Shown here: piece after piece, positions 9,702 to 18,689 of the stretch
Layout: every line of letters begins with the position of its first letter
Numbering within the stretch: position 1 is the stretch's first letter
Assembly: GCA_046733215.1 (NCBI GenBank)
Contig: JBKPOS010000013.1
Location: forward strand, 985 to 64,984
Reading direction: 5' to 3'
DNA length: 64,000 nucleotides
Source of the DNA: Gemmatimonadota bacterium
GTDB lineage: Bacteria > Gemmatimonadota > Gemmatimonadetes > Gemmatimonadales > GWC2-71-9
Program-made: the position numbers and the translations under genes
The notes under the pieces: model-generated
Seen by the model: the letters and a program-made list of their open reading frames with translations, nothing else
What the model was told of the DNA's origin: nothing
The model's database searches: none

Positions 9702-10723
9702 TGACCGGCGCGGTCTCCGGTACGGGAGCTGTCCCATGCCGACGAGCGTTGCAGGTGAAGGGTACCAGCCGCAATCGAGTCCGCTGCCGCCTTGACCCGA
9801 GCCTTGAGCGCCGGTGGGACGAGGCTGTCGAGCCGCGGGTTCGGCACATACCGAATGACCTCGCTCTTGAGTCCGAAGGACTCCACTCGCGAGCGGAAGG
9901 CCCCCTGTTGTACCTCCCGCCCAATCAGAAGAAAAGCTCGTGGCAAATCGATAACCGCAGATCCAAGGACGCGGTCCGGAGCGAGGCCGGATTGATCCGC
10001 ATTCGCACCGAAGGCATAAACGCCGGGAGTCTCCTTCACGGCCTGAAACAGTCCCAACGCTGCGGCATCGGCGTTGTGGTGAAACATGTCTGCACCCACC
10101 CGGATCAACGCGAGAGTGGCTTCTCGCCCGGCTGCCGCGTCGTCGAAGTTGTTCAGGTAGATCTGACGAGCGTCTACCCGAGGATCTACCGCCCGGGCTC
10201 CGCGAACCCATCCCGCATAGGCGGCTTTGATTGGTGGCAGCTCGATCCCTCCCACGAATCCGATGACATGGGACTTGGTCATGCCCCCGGCAACCATGCC
10301 GGCAAGGTAACTGGCTTCTTCGAGTCTGAAGACGAGAGGTGCGACGTTACCGGTGGCCCGCTCTCCCGACGTCACGATGAAAACCGGCTTCGGATATTGG
10401 TGAGAGACCCGCTCCGCCGCACCCTGGAATTCGAAGCCGTGCGCGAAAATGAGATCGTAACCCTGGGCGGCATAGCTGCGGAGCGCTTCTTCCTGCTCCG
10501 TCGGAGTGTGGGCCTCTATCTGGGAAATCCTGGCTCCCAGGGAGTCCCGGAGTTCGACGAGACCATGGTAGGCCCCAGAGTTCCACGCGGCGTCCGCAAT
10601 TGACCCTGGAGTGATGAGGCCGACGCGCAGACCGGAACTCTGACCGTTCCGGTGGGAGCCGCATCCGCACAGCAATGCGGCAGCAGAAATGGAGACAGCA
10701 AGCCGACAAAAACGGAGCAGCAA
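9698..10723 (-). CDS. BMP-family ABC transporter substrate-binding lipoprotein (Med/PnrA-like)
   Basis: Signal peptide plus lipobox (AALLCGC). BMP-family body (GLITPGSIADAAWNSGAYHGL..., FVGGIELPPI). TTG start. Confidence 0.85.
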   Translation of the reverse strand: MLLRFCRLAVSISAAALLCGCGSHRNGQSSGLRVGLITPGSIADAAWNSGAYHGLVELRDSLGARISQIEAHTPTEQEEALRSYAAQGYDLIFAHGFEFQGAAERVSHQYPKPVFIVTSGERATGNVAPLVFRLEEASYLAGMVAGGMTKSHVIGFVGGIELPPIKAAYAGWVRGARAVDPRVDARQIYLNNFDDAAAGREATLALIRVGADMFHHNADAAALGLFQAVKETPGVYAFGANADQSGLAPDRVLGSAVIDLPRAFLLIGREVQQGAFRSRVESFGLKSEVIRYVPNPRLDSLVPPALKARVKAAADSIAAGTLHLQRSSAWDSSRTGDRAGQ

Positions 10724-10775
10724 ATGGACAAAGCCTGAGGAAGGAAGAACTTAGAGTGCGCCCCCGACGAGCGCC

Positions 10776-11180
10776 TCAGGCTCCGACGGGGACGGCCTGA
10801 TCCTGGATTTTGACCTCTCCAGTCACCCTCCCGCCCTCCAGCACGGCGATTCGAGGCGTCGTAATGTTTCCGGTTACCGAGGCGGATGGCTGTAGCTCGA
10901 CCCGCTCGGTGGCGTGAATCGAGCCGATGACCTCGCCCCCGACTACCGCTTCCCGGGTATGCAGATCGCCTTCAACCTGGGCGCCCTGCCCGACCAGTAC
11001 CTGGCTCGCCGCCCGCACCGTACCCCGCACTCGGCCCTCGATTCTCACCACGCCTTCAGTCTCCAAGTCGCCGACAATGGTCATGTCCTTCCCCACGATC
11101 GAGAAGGGCATCTGATCGGTCCGGCGGCGGCGCAGCTCGTTGCCATGCTCGTCCCGCGCGGGACTCGAGAACAGACTCAT
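10776..11180 (-). CDS. Bactofilin (polymer-forming cytoskeletal protein, CcmA/BacA family)
   Basis: Beta-helical repeat pattern FSIVGKDMTIVGDLETEGVVRIEGRVRGTV...VGQGAQVEGDL...VVGGEVIGSI...GRVTGEVKI. ATG 11180 forms an ATGA overlap with the M23 gene stop. Confidence 0.85.
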   Translation of the reverse strand: MSLFSSPARDEHGNELRRRRTDQMPFSIVGKDMTIVGDLETEGVVRIEGRVRGTVRAASQVLVGQGAQVEGDLHTREAVVGGEVIGSIHATERVELQPSASVTGNITTPRIAVLEGGRVTGEVKIQDQAVPVGA

Positions 11181-11971
11181 TGGCGACCTTCCTTCACCAT
11201 GGTAAGGGGATCGAGCGACGCTCCCTGGCGCCGAATCTCGAGATGAAGATGCGGAGCAGTCGACCGACCAGTGCTGCCGCTCAAGCCGATCACCTGTCCG
11301 GCCATCACCGAATCGCCAGTCACCACCAGCCGGCGCGAGAGATGGCCGTACATGGTCTGATAGCCATCGGCATGTTGCAGCAGGACGAACCATCCGTACT
11401 CAGCGTCCTGACCTGCTTCCGCTACCTGGCCACCGGCTGCCGCTCGGACGACGCTCCCCGTTGGGACTGCAATGTCGATACCCGGATGCGCTTCGGTTCC
11501 CGTGCCCCCGACTTGCCCGCGGGTAAGAAACCCGGTGTCATCAAGCGGCCAGTATTGCGGTACCTTAGCGCCAGTAGAGAATCTGGGAGTATTGGAGACG
11601 GGCCACGCCCGTATCGCCGGCGCCACCGGGAGGGTAGCGGCATGCCGAAGCGGATCGGGGACGATATCGGCCCCAATCATCTTTCGGACTTGCGCGTAAC
11701 GCTGCTCCAGGCTGTCGACTGCGGCGCTCAGCTCGACAATCTTGGCATTTTCGGACCGGAGGCGGCTCACGTCGCGCTCCAAGGCGGGCACCCGCGCGGC
11801 CGCCCGCACCGTTGGTCCGTAAAGAACGGCTCCCGCAATGAGCAGAAGCCCGATCCCGATCGCCGCGATTACAGCTGTTCGGAAGGCCCAAACGGGGACC
11901 CGCATGGTGCGCGACTCGAGCGAGCCGTCGCGCGTGACCATGATGGTATAGGCTCGCCGCCCGGAACTCAT
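11177..11971 (-). CDS. M23 (LytM-type) metallopeptidase with an N-terminal TM segment and coiled coil
   Basis: HPGIDIA (HxxxD) and HLHLE (HxH) motifs, with a TM helix near the N-terminus. ATGA overlap with the parB stop. Confidence 0.85.
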   Translation of the reverse strand: MSSGRRAYTIMVTRDGSLESRTMRVPVWAFRTAVIAAIGIGLLLIAGAVLYGPTVRAAARVPALERDVSRLRSENAKIVELSAAVDSLEQRYAQVRKMIGADIVPDPLRHAATLPVAPAIRAWPVSNTPRFSTGAKVPQYWPLDDTGFLTRGQVGGTGTEAHPGIDIAVPTGSVVRAAAGGQVAEAGQDAEYGWFVLLQHADGYQTMYGHLSRRLVVTGDSVMAGQVIGLSGSTGRSTAPHLHLEIRRQGASLDPLTMVKEGRQ

Positions 11972-12834
11972 CCAGAGAAGGGTTCGCCCAGGATCGTCTC
12001 CAACAGCCGGGCGAGATCGTCGTTCGAATAGTAGTTGATGGCGAGCACGCCACGACCCTTCCGGCCCGGATGGATGCGGACATCCGTTCCCAGCCTACGC
12101 CGAAGCGCTTCTTCGACGCGGCGCCCTTCGGGCGTGAGCGGGCGTGCTTCTCGCCGCCGCGAGGGTCGACCATCCACTCTGACGCGGGATTCCACTTCGC
12201 GAACCGACCAACCATCCGAAGCCGCGCGTCGCGCGAGCCGGATAATCGCGTCGGGATGCTCCAGAGCAAGCAGTGCGCGGGCGTGCCCTTCCGACAGCTT
12301 TCCATCGTGCACAAAGCCCTGCACTTCGGGCGGAAGCTTGAGCAAGCGCAGCAGGTTGGCGACGGTCGCTCGGTTTCGGCCTACCAGCCGCGCTACCTCC
12401 GCTTGAGGAACCTCGAATTCCTCCATCAGCCGCCGGTAGCCCTGCGCCTCATCGATGGGGGAAAGATCATTCCGCTGCAGATTTTCTATGAGGGCCAGCG
12501 TCAGAAGGGTTTGATCGTCGGCATCTCGAACCACGGCAGGAATCGTGGGCCACCCCAAACGCTGAACTGCGCGCCAACGTCGTTCGCCGGCAATGAGCTC
12601 ATAGCCGCTCCCGCGAGGTCGCACCACGATCGGCTGGAGTAATCCCGAGACTTCAATGGACGCACTGAGCTCGGCCAGCGCGGTCTCGTCGATTCCGCTT
12701 CTGGGCTGAAACGGGTTGGGGCGGACCGAACTGATCGGCAAGTCCTTAAGTGCGCCGGCCGCCTCGGCTTGCTCCCGAGTGATCGGACCCAGCAGCGCCT
12801 CGAGCCCACGCCCCAGTCGCTTCGTCTCGGTCAT
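11968..12834 (-). CDS. parB: Chromosome partitioning protein ParB
   Basis: [15 protein letters not shown]..., GERRWRA box and HTH region. ATGA overlap with parA. Confidence 0.95.
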   Translation of the reverse strand: MTETKRLGRGLEALLGPITREQAEAAGALKDLPISSVRPNPFQPRSGIDETALAELSASIEVSGLLQPIVVRPRGSGYELIAGERRWRAVQRLGWPTIPAVVRDADDQTLLTLALIENLQRNDLSPIDEAQGYRRLMEEFEVPQAEVARLVGRNRATVANLLRLLKLPPEVQGFVHDGKLSEGHARALLALEHPDAIIRLARRAASDGWSVREVESRVRVDGRPSRRREARPLTPEGRRVEEALRRRLGTDVRIHPGRKGRGVLAINYYSNDDLARLLETILGEPFSG

Positions 12835-13673
12835 CGCGTCACCTCGGGAAGTGGAGGTTCAGGTTCGGCCGTGGCTTCGAGCTCTGCCTGCTCGACGAGG
12901 GGGACGTTTTCGATTCGGTGCAACAACTCTTGCGCGACCGAGAGATAACTTTTCGCTCCCACCGACTGAACGTCATACAACAGGATGGGCTTTCCGAAGC
13001 TCGGCGCCTCGGCTAGGCGGACGTTACGCGGGACCGCGGTCCGAAACACCTTGCCCCCGAAATACTCCTTTGCGTCTTCCGCGACTTGGCGGCAGAGGTT
13101 GAGGCGTGAGTCGTACATGGTCAGCAGCACGCCATCGATCGCCAACGCTGGATTGAAATTTTGCTGCACCAGCCGGACGGTATTGAGCAGCTGGGAGATT
13201 CCTTCGAGCGCGTAGTACTCGCACTGGATGGGAATCAGCACGCCGTTCGAGGCAGTGAGCACGTTGAGCGTGATGAGGCCGAGTGATGGAGGACAATCCA
13301 CCAGCAGGAAGTCGTACCCGCCTTCAATTGTCTCGAGAACATCACGCAGCGCCCGCTCTCGGCCCTCTCGCTCCACCAACTCCAGCTCGGCGGCAACTAA
13401 ATCCTGAGTGGCCGGGAGGACATCGAGGTGGGGAAGGCTCTCGTGATGAACGATGGCATCGGCGGCAGCACGACCATCGACCAGGGCGTCGTAGAGCGAC
13501 AGGCCGACGGTCTGCTTCGGAATGCCGATTCCGCTTGTCGCATTTCCCTGCGGATCGGCGTCGACAAGAAGTGTTCGGCGCTCGGCGATGGCAAGCGAGG
13601 CCGCGAGATTGACCGCGGTGGTGGTTTTCCCTACGCCCCCCTTTTGGTTGGCAATCGATATGATGCGAGCCAT
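12831..13673 (-). CDS. parA: Chromosome partitioning ATPase ParA/Soj
   Basis: Deviant Walker A ([18 protein letters not shown]) and typical ParA body. Confidence 0.95.
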   Translation of the reverse strand: MARIISIANQKGGVGKTTTAVNLAASLAIAERRTLLVDADPQGNATSGIGIPKQTVGLSLYDALVDGRAAADAIVHHESLPHLDVLPATQDLVAAELELVEREGRERALRDVLETIEGGYDFLLVDCPPSLGLITLNVLTASNGVLIPIQCEYYALEGISQLLNTVRLVQQNFNPALAIDGVLLTMYDSRLNLCRQVAEDAKEYFGGKVFRTAVPRNVRLAEAPSFGKPILLYDVQSVGAKSYLSVAQELLHRIENVPLVEQAELEATAEPEPPLPEVTR

Positions 13674-13950
13674 CGGCTACTCTGTATGTCGTTGTTATAT
13701 AGCGACTTATCTACTCGGACCCCGATGTTGGCGGGGGCTCGCGGGGCTGGCGATTCAGCTAGGGAAGCAAATATAAGAATTGCACGCTGATAGGCAATGC
13801 AGCAATCGCAAGTCAATCGAAGATTCCTTAAAACTGAATCGAGATTCCCTAAGAGAACGCCGCCTGAGCCACAAGGCGACTTTGGCGATTACCAGACGGC
13901 GCGCGATCGAGAGAGCCTGGGCAGGGCGCGCCCAGGGAGAGTGGCTGAAG

Positions 13951-13966
13951 CGTTTCACGTGAAACG
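13951..13966. promoter_or_regulatory. parS: parS centromere-like site
   Basis: CGTTTCACGTGAAACG is a perfect 16-bp palindrome. Its inner 14 bp are identical to the parS consensus tGTTTCACGTGAAACa. It lies 278 bp upstream of the parA start. Confidence 0.8.
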
Positions 13967-14219
13967 GTGATCCTGGCCGGAGCGGGCGCCTTGATCAACG
14001 CCTTTGGCTGTCAATTGACGCTGGGCTCATTTCGCCCCGACTCAGATCAGTGGCAGGACAGGATCCCTGGACGACGCGGGTTCGTCGGCGCTGCCGTACT
14101 TGGTGAGCCGTCGTTCTCGGCAGAGCTGGCAACTGAGCGCGCGGTTCGAAACGGGGCACCAGGAATCAATAGGACTCAGGACGTGGCGACGAGCAGATGG
14201 GTCGCCGGAGTTCTTTCAC

Positions 14220-16133
14220 TTACTCAGTGTCTTTGCCTCCTCGGGATGGTGCTGTTTCACGTGGAACGCCGAGCGCCGAAGCTCGCCGGCGGACTACCGC
14301 GAGGACCAATCCCTGAAGGTCGCTGGGGGACACGCCCGGAATTCGACCGGCCTGTCCGAGGGTCTCTGGACGCACTCTCGCCAGTTTCTCCCGAGCCTCG
14401 AACGAAAGAGCCGACAGATCCCGGTACGGAAGATTCGCTGGCAACGCGAACGTCTCCAACTCTGCCAGGCGGAGCGCTGCCTCGCGCTCACGTGACAAGT
14501 AGCCGGCATATTTGAGCTCGACCTCAGGAGACTGATAAAGGATCGCATCCGCCGATTCGACGCCCGCGGCGCGGAGCAGGTTTACCAGCCCCACTCCCGG
14601 TCGCTTCACCAACGTGGCTACGCGCTCAGGCTCGTGAATTGCCGTCGAGCCGGCTGCCGCGAGAACAGGATTCGCCGCTAAAGGTTGAACGGAAGTCTCC
14701 CGAGCTAGGTCGAGAATTCGATCCTCGGCACCAAGCCGGCTGTGCGCCAGCGCCAGCTCGTCCCTCGCGAGAAGGTCGAGTTCCTCTGCCAGAGGCACGA
14801 GCCGGCGGAGCGCATTGTCCTGCCGCAGCATCAGCCGATACTCCGCCCGCGAGGTGAAAAGCCGGTACGGCTCGTCCACGCCCCGAGTGACCAGGTCATC
14901 CACCAGCAGTCCGATAAAAGCCTGATCGCGTCGAAAGACGACAGCAGGACGGTCGAGTGCCCGAGCCGCGGCATTGATCCCGGCAACGACGCCCTGGCCA
15001 GCTGCTTCCTCGTAGCCCGTCGTTCCATTTACCTGGCCAGCCAGGAACAAGCCCTCGACCTCCCGCACCTCCAGCGTCGGCCGGAGCTGCGTAGGTGGGA
15101 AATAGTCGTACTCGATCGCATACCCCGGCCGGGTCATTTCCGCCTGCTCGAGCCCGGGGATCGTCCGAAGCATGCTGAGCTGGACGTCGGGAGGCAGCGA
15201 GGTCGAGAGGCCGTTGACGTAGATCTCCGAAGTGTCCAGCCCCTCCGGCTCGAGAAAAATCTGATGCCGCGGCGCATCCGGGAACTTCACGATCTTGTCC
15301 TCGATGGACGGACAATAGCGTGGTCCGCGACCGCTGATCTCGCCCCCATACAGGGCAGACTCTTTGAGGCGGGCAGTCACGATCTCGCGAAGGCGCTCGT
15401 CGGTCCAGGTGAGGTAGCAAGGCAATTGCGGCGGATGCTCGGCCCGCTCGAAGCTCGAGAACCAGTAAGGCTCGGCATCGCCATCCTGTCTGGTCAAGCC
15501 GTCGAATAGCACCGTGCGACCATCGACGCGCGGTGGCGTTCCTGTCTTGAAGCGATGAATGCTAAGTCCAAGCTCTGCAACAGCTTGCGCTATTTCAACC
15601 GATGGCGCATCCCCTGCTCGCCCTGCCGCGATCCGGGTCGACCGCCCCATATGGATCTGTCCCCGCAGAAATGTCCCGGCCGTCAAGACGATTGCTGGGG
15701 CGCCGAATCGCCGCCCGTCCGCTGTTGTCAAACTGCTAACCCGATTGCCTGCGAGGCCGAGGCCTACCACGGTGCCCTGCACCGCCAGAAGCTGTGGTTG
15801 TCGCTCCAGGATCGAGCGCACTGCCCGCCGATATAGCCCGCGATCGCATTGCGCGCGCGGCGACCACACCGCTGGTCCCTTGGATCGGTTGAGCATCCGG
15901 AACTGGATTCGCGCTCGGTCAGTTGCTCGGCCCATCACCCCGCCCAACGCGTCCACCTCGCGCACCACGGTTCCCTTGGCAATTCCTCCGATTGCCGGGT
16001 TGCACGACATCTGCCCGATGGTTTCGAGGTTTTGGGTCAGCAGCAGCGTGCGCGCACCCATCCGGGCCGCAGCCATCGCAGCTTCGGTGCCGGCGTGGCC
16101 GCCGCCGATTACAATGACATCGAAATGCTGCAT
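14220..16133 (-). CDS. mnmG: tRNA uridine-5-carboxymethylaminomethyl modification enzyme MnmG (GidA)
   Basis: [26 protein letters not shown]...[12 protein letters not shown]... ATG 16133 is chosen at the conserved N-terminus. Confidence 0.95.
   Translation of the reverse strand: MQHFDVIVIGGGHAGTEAAMAAARMGARTLLLTQNLETIGQMSCNPAIGGIAKGTVVREVDALGGVMGRATDRARIQFRMLNRSKGPAVWSPRAQCDRGLYRRAVRSILERQPQLLAVQGTVVGLGLAGNRVSSLTTADGRRFGAPAIVLTAGTFLRGQIHMGRSTRIAAGRAGDAPSVEIAQAVAELGLSIHRFKTGTPPRVDGRTVLFDGLTRQDGDAEPYWFSSFERAEHPPQLPCYLTWTDERLREIVTARLKESALYGGEISGRGPRYCPSIEDKIVKFPDAPRHQIFLEPEGLDTSEIYVNGLSTSLPPDVQLSMLRTIPGLEQAEMTRPGYAIEYDYFPPTQLRPTLEVREVEGLFLAGQVNGTTGYEEAAGQGVVAGINAAARALDRPAVVFRRDQAFIGLLVDDLVTRGVDEPYRLFTSRAEYRLMLRQDNALRRLVPLAEELDLLARDELALAHSRLGAEDRILDLARETSVQPLAANPVLAAAGSTAIHEPERVATLVKRPGVGLVNLLRAAGVESADAILYQSPEVELKYAGYLSREREAALRLAELETFALPANLPYRDLSALSFEAREKLARVRPETLGQAGRIPGVSPSDLQGLVLAVVRRRASALGVPRETAPSRGGKDTE
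14253..14268. promoter_or_regulatory. Second, degenerate parS-like site inside the 3' end of mnmG
   Basis: TGTTTCACGTGGAACG has one core mismatch (A>G) and one flank mismatch to the parS consensus. Confidence 0.5.
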
Positions 16134-16186
16134 AGAAGGAAAGGTACGCAGGGCGCCGCGAATGGCCACGGAGAGACAACCGATTT

Positions 16187-16471
16187 CTACGCGCTCACCT
16201 CACTCAACGGCCCCATGCGCGCGATCTCGGCCCGGGGTATTACCACGCGTTTTTGGTCCACGCGCACGCCGAACTTCAAGGTACGACGAATGAAGTCTTC
16301 CTTGGGAAGGCCGGTCCCGTGCGAATCGTGCACCGCGACATCCAGGAGGTGGGCGCCGGCCTCGTCCTCAGAATCGAACCGTCCGATGTAGACGAGGCCT
16401 ACGGTCGTCTCGAGCAGCACGGTCACGCCATGCAGCGCTTGGTGACCGGGATGAAATACGTGACCGGTCAT
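16187..16471 (-). CDS. Hypothetical 94-aa protein, last gene of the suf-brx chain
   Basis: ATG 16471 lies 1 nt after the brx stop. No competing call on either strand, and the composition looks like coding sequence. No family recognised; there is a faint Sm-like pattern ([28 protein letters not shown]), which is speculative. Confidence 0.5.
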   Translation of the reverse strand: MTGHVFHPGHQALHGVTVLLETTVGLVYIGRFDSEDEAGAHLLDVAVHDSHGTGLPKEDFIRRTLKFGVRVDQKRVVIPRAEIARMGPLSEVSA

Positions 16472-16472
16472 G

Positions 16473-16901
16473 TCAGACCGTCGCGCCGCAGAACCGGTCG
16501 AATGCTCCAGTCAGGTTCGCAGCCACGGTCTGGGGCGATTGCCCTTCGATCTGATGCCGATGCACGAAGTGAACGACCTCGCCGTCCCGGAAAAGAGCAA
16601 TCGAGGGAGAGCTTGGTTGGTATTCACTGAAGTATTGGCGGGCTCGCCCAGTCGCCTCGACGTCCTGCCCGGCAAACACGGTGACGACTTGCTGCGGCCG
16701 CGCGGCGTGCTTGAGGGCCAACGCAAGCGCCGGACGTGCATTGCCCGCGGCGCAACCGCACACCGAGTTGACGAATACCAGCGTGGTGCCTCGCTGGTCA
16801 CCTAACACCTCGTCAACCTCGGCAACCGTCTTTAACTCCCTGGCGCCCATCCGCAGCATCTCATCCCGCATCGGGGCCACCAGCCGGGGATCGTAGGGCA
16901 T
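16473..16901 (-). CDS. BrxA/BrxB-family bacilliredoxin (YphP/YqiW, DUF1094)
   Basis: VFVNSVCGCAAGNARPA...VTVFAGQD.EAT...PSSPSIALF..GEVVHF..RH.IEG closely follows Bacillus YphP, including the CGC active site. ATG 16901 is preceded by AAGGAG. Confidence 0.85.
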   Translation of the reverse strand: MPYDPRLVAPMRDEMLRMGARELKTVAEVDEVLGDQRGTTLVFVNSVCGCAAGNARPALALALKHAARPQQVVTVFAGQDVEATGRARQYFSEYQPSSPSIALFRDGEVVHFVHRHQIEGQSPQTVAANLTGAFDRFCGATV

Positions 16902-16956
16902 TGTTATCAAGCTCCTTATGCAAATTCTGCAGAGAAATACTCGTACTACACGGTTC

Positions 16957-17412
16957 CTACTCTGTCGATACTCTCCTGCTTTGCCGCTCCAGCGCCGCCC
17001 TGAGTGCGTGCCACGAGAGCGTTGCACATTTGACTCGGACCGGGAAGCTGGCAATCCCTGAAAACACCGCGAGCTTACCTAGTTCTCGCCTGCTCTCATC
17101 CTGCGGGGCAGAGTTCCCCGTTACCACATCGTGAAACTGGCGGAACAGGCGATCGATCTCGGCTCGGGACTTTCCCTTTACTGCCGCGGTCATCAGCGAC
17201 GCCGATGCTTTTGATATCGCGCACCCCGATCCCTCGAAGCTCACGTCGCTGACTCGATCTCCACTGAGCTTGAGCCAAACAGTGAGCTGGTCACCGCACA
17301 GGGGATTGCGTCCCTCCGCGTGGGAATCGGCGTCATCCATGCGCCGAAAGTTTCGCGGTGACCGGTTATGCTCGAGGATGACATCCTGATAGAGTCCGCT
17401 CAGCTCGGTCAT
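16957..17412 (-). CDS. sufU: SUF-type Fe-S cluster scaffold/sulfur acceptor SufU (NifU/IscU-like)
   Basis: LYQDVILEHNRSPRN...NPLCGD...GSGCAISKASASLM...VKCATLSW. Confidence 0.85.
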   Translation of the reverse strand: MTELSGLYQDVILEHNRSPRNFRRMDDADSHAEGRNPLCGDQLTVWLKLSGDRVSDVSFEGSGCAISKASASLMTAAVKGKSRAEIDRLFRQFHDVVTGNSAPQDESRRELGKLAVFSGIASFPVRVKCATLSWHALRAALERQSRRVSTE

Positions 17413-18680
17413 GCTCCAAACACCTGCTTTACTCGATGGATCCCTCGAATGAGGGCATCCACTTCCTCATGGGTGTTATATGCCGCGAACGAGGCCCGGG
17501 CCGTGGCGGCGACGCCGAAACGGGCCATCACCGGCTGCGCACAGTGGTGGCCGGCCCGAATCGCGATTCCATCGGCGTCGAGTACCTGACCGACGTCATG
17601 CGGGTGAACGCCATTCACGGCAAAGCTCAGAATGCTAGCCCGCTCCCGGGCAGCGCCTACTATGCGCACACCCGGGATCTTTGATACTTCTGCGGTGGCG
17701 TAGTTCAGCAGCTCATGTTCGTACGCGGTGACCGCTTCGAGGCCTACGCTGGTGATCCAGTTGATGGCTGCGCCCAGCCCAACGACGCCAGCGATATGTG
17801 GCGTGCCTGCTTCGAATTTTGCCGGAAGCTCTGCCCAGGTAGACCCTTCAAAGGTCACGGAGGCAATCATGTCTCCGCCGCCCTGCCACGGAGGCATGCG
17901 TTCGAGGAGGTCTGAGCGACCATACAGGACGCCGATTCCGGTGGGGCCGAATAGTTTGTGCCCCGAGAAGGCGTAAAAGTCGCAACCCAATTCCTGGACG
18001 TCCACTTTGAGGTGGGCGGCGGACTGCGCGCCATCTACCAGGACCGGGATCCCGCGGGTGTGAGCTGCCTCGCTGATTCGGCGGATGGGATTGATGGTGC
18101 CCAGCGCATTAGAGAGATGCACCACTGCTACCAGGCGAGTGCGATCGTTCAGCGAATGCTCGAAACCCTGCCAGTCGAGATTGCCCGCGTCATCTATCGG
18201 GGCGACTCGCAGCACGATTCCACTTGTCGCCGCCAAGAGCTGCCAGGGAACGATGTTCGAGTGATGCTCCATCCCGGTGATTAGCACCTCATCGCCCGGC
18301 CGAAGCAACGCCCGCCCGTAACTCTGGGCGACCAGATTGATCGCTTCAGTTGTCCCCCGCACGAAGATGATTTCCCGCGGCGACGGCGCGTTGACGAACT
18401 CGGCGACTCGCCGACGCACCCTCTCGTACTCTTCCGTTGCCAGCTGACTCAGGTGATGGACGCCACGATGGATGTTGGCGTTTTCGGAGGCATAGTACTG
18501 GGAGACCGCGTCGATGACGGCCCGGGGTTTCTGCGTGGTCGCGGCGTTATCGAGGTAGACGAGCGGCTTTCCGTTGACCAGCGAGGCCAGGATAGGAAAC
18601 TCGCTTCGAATGCGATCGACGGCGAAGGCGCCGTCCGACGGAGCAGCGCTGCGGCGCGCGAGTGACGAAACGAAGCTCAA
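17409..18680 (-). CDS. sufS: Cysteine desulfurase SufS (class V aminotransferase)
   Basis: IRSEFPIL...VYLDNAATTQKP...SGHKL.GPTGIG...RAGHHCAQP. TTG start. 4-nt overlap with sufU. Confidence 0.9.
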   Translation of the reverse strand: MSFVSSLARRSAAPSDGAFAVDRIRSEFPILASLVNGKPLVYLDNAATTQKPRAVIDAVSQYYASENANIHRGVHHLSQLATEEYERVRRRVAEFVNAPSPREIIFVRGTTEAINLVAQSYGRALLRPGDEVLITGMEHHSNIVPWQLLAATSGIVLRVAPIDDAGNLDWQGFEHSLNDRTRLVAVVHLSNALGTINPIRRISEAAHTRGIPVLVDGAQSAAHLKVDVQELGCDFYAFSGHKLFGPTGIGVLYGRSDLLERMPPWQGGGDMIASVTFEGSTWAELPAKFEAGTPHIAGVVGLGAAINWITSVGLEAVTAYEHELLNYATAEVSKIPGVRIVGAARERASILSFAVNGVHPHDVGQVLDADGIAIRAGHHCAQPVMARFGVAATARASFAAYNTHEEVDALIRGIHRVKQVFGA

Positions 18681-18689
18681 GCCCGAAAC

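Noticed and set aside
8934-10211. Long 425-aa version of the Nif3 ORF, and likewise the long versions of ORFs 106..885, 10776..11393, 20788..22398, 48257..49546, 58141..59676, 39008..40522 and 42654..46142
   Set aside because: The N-terminal extensions overlap the upstream gene, are low in complexity, and lie before the point where family similarity begins. Internal starts that form 4-nt overlaps or give signal peptides fit better.
10724-10775. 8-bp inverted repeat GCCTGAGG...CCTCAGGC between the bactofilin and BMP genes, considered as a terminator
   Set aside because: The loop is 33 nt and there is no U-tract, so it is too weak to call. It may or may not separate the par and ABC operons.
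14140-14165. GGTTCGAA motif resembling a tRNA T-loop
   Set aside because: The flanking bases do not form a T-stem, and no acceptor or anticodon arms can be drawn. Other GGTTCGA hits lie inside CDS. I conclude the window has no tRNA.
13967-14515. 182-aa + strand ORF in the mnmG-parA gap
   Set aside because: Its second half overlaps the conserved 3' end of mnmG on the other strand. There is no RBS and no motif, and the sequence does not resemble RsmG, the gene expected at this position.
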